Source: Candidatus Yanofskybacteria bacterium (lineage in GTDB: Bacteria; Patescibacteriota; Minisyncoccia; 2-02-FULL-40-12; GWA2-44-9). Taken from it: 64,000 bases of DNA. The notes beneath the pieces are model-generated. The model did no database searches, was not told the origin of the DNA, and was given only the letters and a program-made list of their open reading frames with translations. The stretch spans positions 61,126 to 125,125 of the forward strand of contig JACPAB010000002.1 in assembly GCA_016181045.1 (NCBI GenBank), in the 5' to 3' direction. Both the position numbers and the translations under genes were made by a program. Below, one piece after another: positions 36,808 through 44,836 of the stretch (position 1 is its first letter; the number at the start of each line of letters is the position of its first letter).

Positions 36808-37308
36808 CTATATTGGCGAGTTCTTATATTCCCTACTCATTTTACTTTTATAGGTCCTCATCTCTTCTCTGATCGAGAAAAGTTTTTTGTGATCTTCCGG
36901 AATGCATCTTGTTTTGCTCTTTTTCTTCTCATACATAATCCTAAGTGCCTTGCCCCATAATTCAAAATCATGTCTTTTCTTAGCTCTTAACGGATATTTA
37001 TTAAAAAATGGCAGCACTTTTATGTACAGGTCGTCTAAATTTTGAATTATATATTGGACCATGCTTCCCCATTGTTCTTTTCGATTTAGTACGTAAATTT
37101 TACCACAATCTAAAGTATCTCTAATTTTTTCTAAAATTTCTTTGTCGTCTTCTCTAACGTTAATTGCAAAATAAGGTGTCCATCTAAAATATTTTGGTTT
37201 GCTCGGTCTTTCGTACCTTATCTCACTTCTATAAGTTAAATAAAAACAACCTTCCCCATCAACGAAGCCAGCCACATAATCCCCCGGTAATTTTCTATCA
37301 TCGGTCAT
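36808..37308 (-). mobile_element. free-standing LAGLIDADG homing endonuclease (single-motif, 166 aa)
   Basis: YVAGFVDGEGCF is a canonical LAGLIDADG block. AT-rich, and not embedded in an intron or intein. Confidence 0.65.
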
Positions 37309-37393
37309 TTGCTTATTGTAACTTGTCGCACAACATTATACAAGAGACAAGTGTTGATAAATTTCATTAAAATAAATACAATTAATAATAATT

Positions 37394-38071
37394 ATGTCAC
37401 CTCGTCTTATTTTTGATATTGAAACCGTCGGTGTAGAATTCGATTCTCTCGACGAAAAATCCAAAGAAACCCTTTTGCGATTTGCCGAATCTCCTGAAGA
37501 GATCGAGGCCGTAAAAGAAGGCCTTGGTTTCTCTCCCCTAACGGGCGAGGTGGTGGCCATAGGCATATTAAACCCCGATACCGAAAAAGGCGCCGTATAT
37601 TTTAATTCTCAAAACCAACACCCCGATACAATAGCGGAAGGAGATGCTCAATATATTCCATGCGCGTCAGAGAAAGAAATTTTAAACAACTTTTGGGATG
37701 TTGCCTCACACTACGACCAATTTGTTACTTTTAACGGAAGAACATTCGATTGCCCCTATATTCTTGTCCGTTCGGCGGTATTGAAGGTGAAGCCGACCAG
37801 GAACCTTATGCCCAACCGCTATTATGACGAGCACATAGACCTGCTGGACCGGCTTACATTCTTCGGCGCGGTAAGAAGGAAGGGCAACCTTCATATGTGG
37901 TGCCGGGCATTCGGAATCGAAAGCCCCAAGTCAAAAGGGATTACGGGTGATGACGTGGCCCGGCTTTTTAAGGACAAGAAGTCCTTGGATATCGCGAAAT
38001 ATTGTTTCGATGACCTGAAAGCGACCAAAACCCTGTACGAGTATTGGAACAAATACATTAATATAAAGTGA
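37394..38071 (+). CDS. DnaQ-like (DEDDy) 3'-5' exonuclease, PolB-exo / YprB-like
   Basis: Exo I FDIET, Exo II FNGRTFDCPYI, Exo III YCFDDLKATKTLY. Confidence 0.55.
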   Translation: MSPRLIFDIETVGVEFDSLDEKSKETLLRFAESPEEIEAVKEGLGFSPLTGEVVAIGILNPDTEKGAVYFNSQNQHPDTIAEGDAQYIPCASEKEILNNFWDVASHYDQFVTFNGRTFDCPYILVRSAVLKVKPTRNLMPNRYYDEHIDLLDRLTFFGAVRRKGNLHMWCRAFGIESPKSKGITGDDVARLFKDKKSLDIAKYCFDDLKATKTLYEYWNKYINIK

Positions 38072-38829
38072 TGTGGTATTCGAACGTAGAAAACTTCAAA
38101 AACGCGAACGGCTACGAGATAGACGGCATTTGGTATCCGCGCGTTACGGCTATTGTCTCAATTAAGGCCAAGCCGGCTTTATATATGTATTATGCCGGCC
38201 TGCCTGATTTTAAGACCGGTGAGGCCATAAAGACCAAATCGGCCGAGGAGGGCACAATCCTTCACGAGACAGTCGAGGCGATATTAAGGAAAGAACCGGT
38301 AGTCATCCCCGACACGGTCAAACCCGCAGTCACCGCGTTCATGGATTTTTACAACAAGAATGAGGTCATCGCCCACAAGATAGAAGAAAGGGTTGTTTCA
38401 AAGAAACACCATTTTGCGGGAACGATGGATGTCCTGGCAGAGCTTAACGGTGTCCTGGGGGTGTTGGACATCAAGACCTCGGTTGCCATCTACCGCGACT
38501 ACAGCATGCAGACCTCGGCCTATATCGAAGCGTTGAAAGAAGACCAGACCCTGCCTCCCCTCACCCGCTGGATACTTCGGTTAGACCAGTCCCGGCATTG
38601 TTTGAAATGCCCAGCGACAATGCGCGACAAAGGCGGGCGTGAAAAAATACGCGGTGAAAAAGCAAAATGCGAGCATGAATGGGGCCCGATGCAGGGAGAG
38701 GTTGAGCTCAAAGAATTAAATACTTTTGAAAGCGACATCAAGGCCTTTCTCGCCTGCAAATCGCTCTGGGAATGGGAAAATGAATACTGGTTGAAAAAGA
38801 TTGGGAATGGTCGTTTCGCTCCGTTCTAA
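38068..38829 (+). CDS. PD-(D/E)xK (RecB/Cas4-like) nuclease with embedded Cys cluster
   Basis: GTMDVLAE...LGVLDIKTS plus a QTSAY (QxxxY) motif; CLKCP...C.H zinc-ribbon-like insert. The ATGA overlap indicates translational coupling with the upstream exonuclease. Confidence 0.5.
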   Translation: MMWYSNVENFKNANGYEIDGIWYPRVTAIVSIKAKPALYMYYAGLPDFKTGEAIKTKSAEEGTILHETVEAILRKEPVVIPDTVKPAVTAFMDFYNKNEVIAHKIEERVVSKKHHFAGTMDVLAELNGVLGVLDIKTSVAIYRDYSMQTSAYIEALKEDQTLPPLTRWILRLDQSRHCLKCPATMRDKGGREKIRGEKAKCEHEWGPMQGEVELKELNTFESDIKAFLACKSLWEWENEYWLKKIGNGRFAPF

Positions 38830-39209
38830 TTGCAGTTTCCCGCTTTCGTGTATCCGGCCGCTTGGGCCGTCGCTTCATCGGCGAACCAGATCTTGTTCTC
38901 CTTTTTTATCCGCTTGGCTCCGGAACACCAGGTAAAATGATATTTGTCGGAATTTTTTGAAACCACCACTCGCCTATCGATTGCTTGCGCTTGCGTATTT
39001 TGGGGTGTTGTTGGATTTTTATCGCTTATGGCGTTGTAAACATCGGCTTTCTGATCCTGGCCATCGGTTATTGTTATCGGGGTCTTTTTGAGAGCTCCTA
39101 TCCTGCCGAGGTTATAGCTGATGAAGGAGATCAGAACTATGCAAAAAAGCAGAAAAATGTCTTTCTGGTGCACCTTGACCCAATCCCCTATTTTTGATAC
39201 TATATTCAT
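38826..39209 (-). CDS. membrane-anchored protein with Ada-like Zn-binding C-terminal motif
   Basis: N-terminal TM segment. The C-terminal KYHFTWCSGAKRIKKENKIWFADEATAQAAGYTKAGNC resembles the Ada_Zn_binding domain. Confidence 0.3.
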   Translation of the reverse strand: MNIVSKIGDWVKVHQKDIFLLFCIVLISFISYNLGRIGALKKTPITITDGQDQKADVYNAISDKNPTTPQNTQAQAIDRRVVVSKNSDKYHFTWCSGAKRIKKENKIWFADEATAQAAGYTKAGNCN

Positions 39210-39237
39210 GCTTTATAGATATTATTTAGAATAAAAT

Positions 39238-39516
39238 ATGGCACATACAAAGGCAATTGGATCTACGCAGCTCGGCAGAGATTCCCAGCCAAAATACTTA
39301 GGCGTTAAGTTATCCGACGGACAGGTTGCCAAACCGGGCAGTATTATTATCCGCCAAAGAGGAACAAAGTTCGTTCCGGGCAAAGGTGTCCGCATCGGGA
39401 GCGACGATACAATATACGCAGTTGTAACGGGAAAGGTCAAATTCACTACCAAGAAACAGAAGAAGTTCGACGGCTCCCGCCGGCTGGTAAAAATCGTCAA
39501 CGTGGTTGCCAACTAA
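39238..39516 (+). CDS. rpmA: ribosomal protein L27
   Basis: GSTQLGRDSQPKYLGVK...IIIRQRGTKF is the L27 signature. Confidence 0.85.
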   Translation: MAHTKAIGSTQLGRDSQPKYLGVKLSDGQVAKPGSIIIRQRGTKFVPGKGVRIGSDDTIYAVVTGKVKFTTKKQKKFDGSRRLVKIVNVVAN

Positions 39517-39540
39517 AATCCGCCATCTGGCGGATTTTAG
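39517..39540. terminator. bidirectional terminator (AAAATCCGCCA-TC-TGGCGGATTTT)
   Basis: Perfect 11-bp stem between convergent rpmA and rplI. Confidence 0.55.
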
Positions 39541-39987
39541 TTACTCTGTTTTAACCAGCACCTTGATTTGGGTCTTTACTTCGGGAGAGAGGTTGAGGTC
39601 CACAAGATGCTCGCCGACCTGTTTGATGGGTTCTTCGTGGTCGATCATTTCTTCTTTTAGGGACACGCCCGATGCTTTCTTTATTTCCTTAACCAGGTCA
39701 TCCTTGTCTATGCCGGCAAACAGCTTTCCTGTCTTGGTCGCTTTTCGGGTTATCTCAACCGTCAGGTCTTTTAATTGTTCGGCTACTTTCACGGCGGTTT
39801 CCTTCTCAACCTCTTGCATTGCCGACAGTTTTTTCTTGAGGTTATCGACTTCTTTGAGAGAGTTGGGCGTAGCTAATTTGGCTTTGCCTCCGGGCAGGAG
39901 AAAATTCCGGCCGTAGCCGTCAGAAACGTTCTTCACATCCCCTATCTGCCCGAAACCTTTGATGTTTTGTAATAGAATAACACGCAT
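39541..39987 (-). CDS. rplI: ribosomal protein L9
   Basis: MRVILLQNIKGFGQIGDVKNVSDGYGRNFLLP is the L9 N-domain. Confidence 0.8.
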   Translation of the reverse strand: MRVILLQNIKGFGQIGDVKNVSDGYGRNFLLPGGKAKLATPNSLKEVDNLKKKLSAMQEVEKETAVKVAEQLKDLTVEITRKATKTGKLFAGIDKDDLVKEIKKASGVSLKEEMIDHEEPIKQVGEHLVDLNLSPEVKTQIKVLVKTE

Positions 39988-40015
39988 AGTTCCAATATTA
40001 TATTGGTTTCTTTGA

Positions 40016-41245
40016 CTATTTCAAGAGGTCTAAAGCTCTATCCAGTTGAGGGTCTTTGCCGGGTGTGCCTATTTCTATATTGCCGGCTTCAATTTCTTTA
40101 GCGTCTATTTCAACCTTAACGTCCGGTTCTATTCCCGTCTCCGAAATAGATATCCCATCCGGTGTGAGCCATTTGGCGATCGTAACCTTGAGAGACGAGC
40201 CGTCGTCGTATTTCTCCAGTTCCTGGACGGAACCCTTGCCGAAGCTTTTTATACCGACCAGGCGTGTTCCTTTATTGTCGTGAATGGCGCCGGCCAATAT
40301 CTCTGATGCGGAGGCCGAACCCCCGTTTATCAATATGATCATCGGATAGGACTTTAGCGCTCCGTTGCCGTCACTTTTAAATTCGTTCCTCATGCCGTTT
40401 CCGAATTCTTCACTTACGACCAATTTACCCTTGTCTAGGAACCATCCGGCCAGATTGATCGCGGAATCGAGCAAACCGCCGGGGTTATTCCTTAAGTCGA
40501 GCACAATGGCGTCGGCATCTGATTTTAATATCTCCTCTGCGGCTTTCCTGAATTCCGAATCGACGGTCTGGTTGAAAGAAAATATCTGCATGTAGGCGAT
40601 GTTCTTGCCGCCTTTCTCCACGAGTTTCCATTCGATTGTCGGCACTTTGATGGTGTCCCTGATAAGTTCTACGTCTTTCGTGGCGCCGTTGTTTATGGTC
40701 AGGATAACCTTGGTGCCCTTTTTGCCCCGGATCAAATTAACCGCTTCTTCTATTGAAATGTTATCGGTCGGCTTATTGTCTATTTTGAGTATCTTATCTC
40801 CGGCTTTAATTCCGGCCTTATAGGCGGGGGTGTCTTTGAGCGGAGCGATGACGGTGAGAATGTCGTTGCGTTTGCCTATCTCTATACCCACGCCTCCGAA
40901 ACTGCCGGAGATCTCTTCCTGGAATTTCTTGCTGTTTTGCGGTTCAAAGAAGGTGGTGTAAGGATCTCCGATACTATTGACCATGCCGCCGATAGCTCCG
41001 TATAAGACCTTCTCCGGTTCGAGTTTACTGCTGTCAACGTATTTTTCCTGAAGGTCGCTATATACCTTCCAGAACAAAGAGAAATCAACCTCACTGGGTT
41101 TTCCGTCGTCAAGGTTTATGAGCTTTTTAATTTCCTTCAAACTGTTGTTGGCGCTTTCCGGTCTTAGCCAAAAACCGCCCGAGAAACCGAGGGCGAGAGA
41201 CAAAATTATCGATATGATCAGGATCTTTCTGCTGTTTGTATTCAT
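40016..41245 (-). CDS. ctpA: carboxyl-terminal processing protease (S41, with PDZ domain)
   Basis: PDZ region and the S41 catalytic motifs (GGSASASEILAGA, and K in KSFGKGS). Confidence 0.75.
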   Translation of the reverse strand: MNTNSRKILIISIILSLALGFSGGFWLRPESANNSLKEIKKLINLDDGKPSEVDFSLFWKVYSDLQEKYVDSSKLEPEKVLYGAIGGMVNSIGDPYTTFFEPQNSKKFQEEISGSFGGVGIEIGKRNDILTVIAPLKDTPAYKAGIKAGDKILKIDNKPTDNISIEEAVNLIRGKKGTKVILTINNGATKDVELIRDTIKVPTIEWKLVEKGGKNIAYMQIFSFNQTVDSEFRKAAEEILKSDADAIVLDLRNNPGGLLDSAINLAGWFLDKGKLVVSEEFGNGMRNEFKSDGNGALKSYPMIILINGGSASASEILAGAIHDNKGTRLVGIKSFGKGSVQELEKYDDGSSLKVTIAKWLTPDGISISETGIEPDVKVEIDAKEIEAGNIEIGTPGKDPQLDRALDLLK

Positions 41246-42057
41246 ACTCCGTAAGTTATGTTTTTAAACCTGTATTTTGTAAAATATTTGATGCCGTCGC
41301 TTATGTGCCATCGCGTCTGCTTATTGGTCAAGGCCTCCAGCAGGCCCAACTTTCCCCGCGAGCTCTGTCCGTGGTAATGGTAGAGTTTTGCCAGCGGATA
41401 ATAAACCACTTCGTATCCATTTTCCCAGAACCGCCTGGACCAGTCAACATCACTGAAATAATGAAAAAGATTCTCGTCCATCAACCCGACCTGGTTTATC
41501 GCCACGCGGGAAATTAAGAAGGCGGCGCCGGAAACCCAATCCACTTTTGTTGGCTTGGAGAGGTCCGCGTCTTTCATTAAGAAGTGTTCGAGCCGTTTTT
41601 TTGCGAACGGCAGATAGGGCGCTCTTCTGAAGACAATGGTTAAGGGGCTGTAAAACCTGAAACAAGAATTCTGGTGGCTGTTGTTAAAATTCAAAAGCCC
41701 CGGCCCCATCATTCCTATTTCGGGATGTTTCTTAAAGTAGTTCAGAAGATCCTCCATGGTTCCGGGAATCATCACGATATCCTGGTTTATATAAAATATG
41801 TAGTCCCCTTTGGCCGCCCTGATGCCTTCGTTAACTCCACGGGTATAACCCGCATTTTTTTTAAGGGCGACGAGCTTTATTTTGGGAAACTTGTTTTTGA
41901 ATTCATGCTCAACAACGGAGCGGGTTTTTTCCGTTGAGGCGTTATCCACGACGATGACCTCGAAGTCAAAATTGTTAGGCAGTGACTGTTCCAGGGATTT
42001 CAGGCAGAGCCGCAGAAGGGCCGGGTTTTTATAGCTTAAGATGGTGATGGAAAGCAA
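41242..42057 (-). CDS. glycosyltransferase family 2
   Basis: ILSYKN...VVDNAS..T and DxD-type GT2-A fold motifs. Confidence 0.65.
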   Translation of the reverse strand: MLSITILSYKNPALLRLCLKSLEQSLPNNFDFEVIVVDNASTEKTRSVVEHEFKNKFPKIKLVALKKNAGYTRGVNEGIRAAKGDYIFYINQDIVMIPGTMEDLLNYFKKHPEIGMMGPGLLNFNNSHQNSCFRFYSPLTIVFRRAPYLPFAKKRLEHFLMKDADLSKPTKVDWVSGAAFLISRVAINQVGLMDENLFHYFSDVDWSRRFWENGYEVVYYPLAKLYHYHGQSSRGKLGLLEALTNKQTRWHISDGIKYFTKYRFKNITYGV

Positions 42058-42060
42058 ATT

Positions 42061-42129
42061 GACCTACAACCTACGACCTACAACCTACGACATCCAAGTC
42101 GTTAGTCGTTAGTCGTTAGTCGTTAGTTA
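42061..42129 (-). repeat. intergenic tandem-repeat stem-loop: 2x CCTACAACCTACGAC then 4x GTCGTTAG
   Basis: Left units and right units are partial reverse complements. Lies between adjacent minus-strand genes. Confidence 0.5.
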
Positions 42130-43187
42130 ATGATGTCTTGGAAGAGCTGCTTTATCCCTGTCAGGTTATCACCCGCCGGCAAGAGGATATATGCCTCGTT
42201 GGCGCGTGATTCATAGACCAAATTCTCCGTAGATATTACGTATTTACTCATCTTGTCGGCGGAATTTATTTCGTTAGCCAGGTCGAGAATTTCTTTTGCG
42301 TTCCAAATATTTATGTCGGTTTGGATGTTGGACTTGATGGCGGTCACGATATCCAAGGTCTTGAGCGGGTCGGTCCACCAGTTGTGCCGGGCCAGTTTAT
42401 CTTTAAGAGCAAAAATGACTTCCTGCTGGCGCCTCGACCGGTCAAAGTCGTTGGACGAGAAACGGGAGCGGGCGTAATACAAAGCGTTCTTTCCACCCAG
42501 GTGGTTCTCTCCCTCCGGCAGATAAAAGTTGTTTCCCCACTGCTGTTTCTCTTCGAACGGCTTGGCCAGGGTGATGTCTATCCCGCCCGCCGCATCGATA
42601 ACTTTTTCGAATGAAGAGAAGTCCAGAACCAAGGCCTTATCTATATATATTCCCGTAATTTTAGATACCCATTCTTTTGTGTACTTCATTCCCCTGTTCT
42701 CGAAAATGCTGTTTATTTTGGCGGCTCTTCTCTTCTCCGTCTTTACGTAAAGGTCCCTGGGTATGGAAATTATAGATGCTTTTTTGGCCGTCTTGTCGAA
42801 GCTGAAGACCATGATAGTATCTGTCAGCAGAGCGCCCGCGTCCTTGGCGTCTGGGTCGTCCTCGCCTCTTATTCCCAATATCAGAACATCGAACCTGTCT
42901 TTTTCTTCACGGGGCATTATGTAGTCGGGGTCTTCTTCTTCGCTGAAAGTAAAGATACTGGCTACCTTCTGCCAGAAAGGAGCCGGTTTTTCCGACACCT
43001 CGATCTCTTTGGAACTTGAGCCGACAGCAAATCCGATTATCATCAAAATAGCCAACAAAGGAATTACAAACATCCAGCCCTTTCGGTGCTCGGAGTGGTC
43101 TCCTGGGCGTGCTTTAGCCGCCCAAGGAACTCTGTTGGGTCTGTGTTCATTGAAGTCAGGTTGTTGAAAGCCAGTTAATTGAACCAT
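42123..43187 (-). CDS. LytR-CpsA-Psr (LCP) family protein
   Basis: N-terminal TM segment and an LCP domain (DVLILGIRGED...ALLTDTIMVFS...ISIPRDLYV). Confidence 0.7.
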   Translation of the reverse strand: MVQLTGFQQPDFNEHRPNRVPWAAKARPGDHSEHRKGWMFVIPLLAILMIIGFAVGSSSKEIEVSEKPAPFWQKVASIFTFSEEEDPDYIMPREEKDRFDVLILGIRGEDDPDAKDAGALLTDTIMVFSFDKTAKKASIISIPRDLYVKTEKRRAAKINSIFENRGMKYTKEWVSKITGIYIDKALVLDFSSFEKVIDAAGGIDITLAKPFEEKQQWGNNFYLPEGENHLGGKNALYYARSRFSSNDFDRSRRQQEVIFALKDKLARHNWWTDPLKTLDIVTAIKSNIQTDINIWNAKEILDLANEINSADKMSKYVISTENLVYESRANEAYILLPAGDNLTGIKQLFQDIIN

Positions 43188-44206
43188 TTTCGCATCTCGG
43201 CTGGTTTTGCCGTTGCCCGTTTCATTATCTCCCTTCTCCTCACTAACATTTTTGGAAGCAGGAAGATGAACTTGGGAATTTCCAAAAGCACTGCCGGTTC
43301 GAAAAGTATTATGTATCCTGCCATCTGGATTTCCCTCTTGAGTATGGCCGGGAGATCTTTCAGAATATTGATTATATAATCATTTTTGATGATTGTCCAG
43401 CGAGTATTTCTCCAATCCAGGCCGCGTTTTTTTATCGGTATGCCTCTTCTTATCCTTATGAAATCGGAAAAGTTTTTCTTTAGGGTCTTGGTCGTTTGGC
43501 GGTCGTGCCAGGCCACCACGTCGGGGTCAAAGACCTCTTTCCAGCCGAAGAGCCGCATCCGCCAGGCAAGGTCAAGGTCGTCTCCGTACCAGAAAAAATC
43601 CTTGTCCACCAACTCTCCTTTGACACGTATGTCTTTGAGCGCCTCTGCCCTGAAGAACGGCGCCGCTCCTTCCACCGCGAAAATCTCCGAGTATTTATTG
43701 AATTGCCCGTGGTCTTCTTCTCCGTGGCCGATGTTTATAACCCTTCGTGATTTGAATATCTTAAATCCGCATGTGTCTATGATCTTTGACATTTGGATTT
43801 TGTCATTTGAAATTTCGTATCTATATATTTTTGCCTCCAAGGCGCCGACGTTGCCGTCGCTTTCCATCCGTTCGACTCCTTTTGAAACGAAGTTCTTGTC
43901 GAGCATGACGTCCACCGCCATTGCTAAGACATATTTTCCGCTCGAGTATTTCAGTAACTCTTCCTGCCCTGGCCACATACCCAGGTTCAATTTTGATTCA
44001 ACAAAATTGAACTGCTTAAAGCTTAAAGCTTGAAGCTCAAAACTTTCAATAATCTCTTTTGTTTTGTCATTAGAGCCATTGTCTAAAATATTCAATTCGA
44101 TCAACTCATGCGGATATGTCTGCGCCAAAACCGCGTCTAGGCAATGACGGACATGCTTTTCACCGTTGAGAACAACGAGGTTGATTGTGACTAATGGGTT
44201 TGACAT
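43175..44206 (-). CDS. glycosyltransferase family 2
   Basis: INLVVLNGEKH...LDNGSND is a GT2 N-terminal signature. Confidence 0.65.
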   Translation of the reverse strand: MSNPLVTINLVVLNGEKHVRHCLDAVLAQTYPHELIELNILDNGSNDKTKEIIESFELQALSFKQFNFVESKLNLGMWPGQEELLKYSSGKYVLAMAVDVMLDKNFVSKGVERMESDGNVGALEAKIYRYEISNDKIQMSKIIDTCGFKIFKSRRVINIGHGEEDHGQFNKYSEIFAVEGAAPFFRAEALKDIRVKGELVDKDFFWYGDDLDLAWRMRLFGWKEVFDPDVVAWHDRQTTKTLKKNFSDFIRIRRGIPIKKRGLDWRNTRWTIIKNDYIINILKDLPAILKREIQMAGYIILFEPAVLLEIPKFIFLLPKMLVRRREIMKRATAKPAEMRKWFN

Positions 44207-44264
44207 ATTATAGCGAATATATTAACATTTTCTTAGGTTTTTTAACAAACTAAAAGGTCTAATT

Positions 44265-44522
44265 ATGTCAGGTCTCGATAACTATTTGATACGAAGGAAT
44301 GAAGAGATAAAAAAGCAAATCTTGAACTATGTACAACACTGCCGGCCCGTTTCAATTGAAAAGGTTTGCGCAGACGTAGGAAAGATGGGTCCATGTCAAC
44401 TCGAAAGGTCAATAATATTAACGCAAATATCCTTATTGTTAAATAGCAGACAGTTAAGAGTTACGGGGTTGCTCACATTGTTTCCTGATGGACGGCTAGA
44501 TGGAATTCTTGAGTTAGAGTGA
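44265..44522 (+). CDS. hypothetical small protein (85 aa)
   Basis: ORF whose C-terminal pattern is paralogous to the next ORF. Confidence 0.3.
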   Translation: MSGLDNYLIRRNEEIKKQILNYVQHCRPVSIEKVCADVGKMGPCQLERSIILTQISLLLNSRQLRVTGLLTLFPDGRLDGILELE

Positions 44523-44836
44523 AGATCAAAATGCTCAAACCAGGAGGCCCGCCGAATAGTGCGGAGAATTTTAAGAAGATTGATATTCTAAAGAAAACCA
44601 TATACGAATTGCTAAGGGCTCAAAAAATGACATTATCGGATTTAACAGGTTGTTTAATGAGTGAGCCATATAGCGTGAACCCGGACGACTTAGATTTAAT
44701 TGTCATTGCTCTTTATCATTTGCGGGACAGGGAATTGCTAAGGGTTGGTTTCCAACTCGATCCTCAAGGTCTTACTGTTGAGTCGATATTACTCGCAATT
44801 CCACCCCCAACTATTTTGGACGGATTCGATTTTTAA
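44519..44836 (+). CDS. hypothetical small protein (105 aa), paralog of upstream ORF
   Basis: GTG start overlapping the upstream stop by 4 nt. Shares the L..L..R.L.V.G...D..G pattern with the 85-aa ORF. Confidence 0.3.
   Translation: MKIKMLKPGGPPNSAENFKKIDILKKTIYELLRAQKMTLSDLTGCLMSEPYSVNPDDLDLIVIALYHLRDRELLRVGFQLDPQGLTVESILLAIPPPTILDGFDF

Noticed and set aside
42061-42129. Possible CRISPR array (short tandem repeats here and at 60414, 18166, 28375)
   Set aside because: Units are only 8-15 nt and directly abutting, with no unique spacers of ~30 nt. No cas1 or effector genes are present. They behave as stem-loop-forming tandem repeats, not CRISPR.
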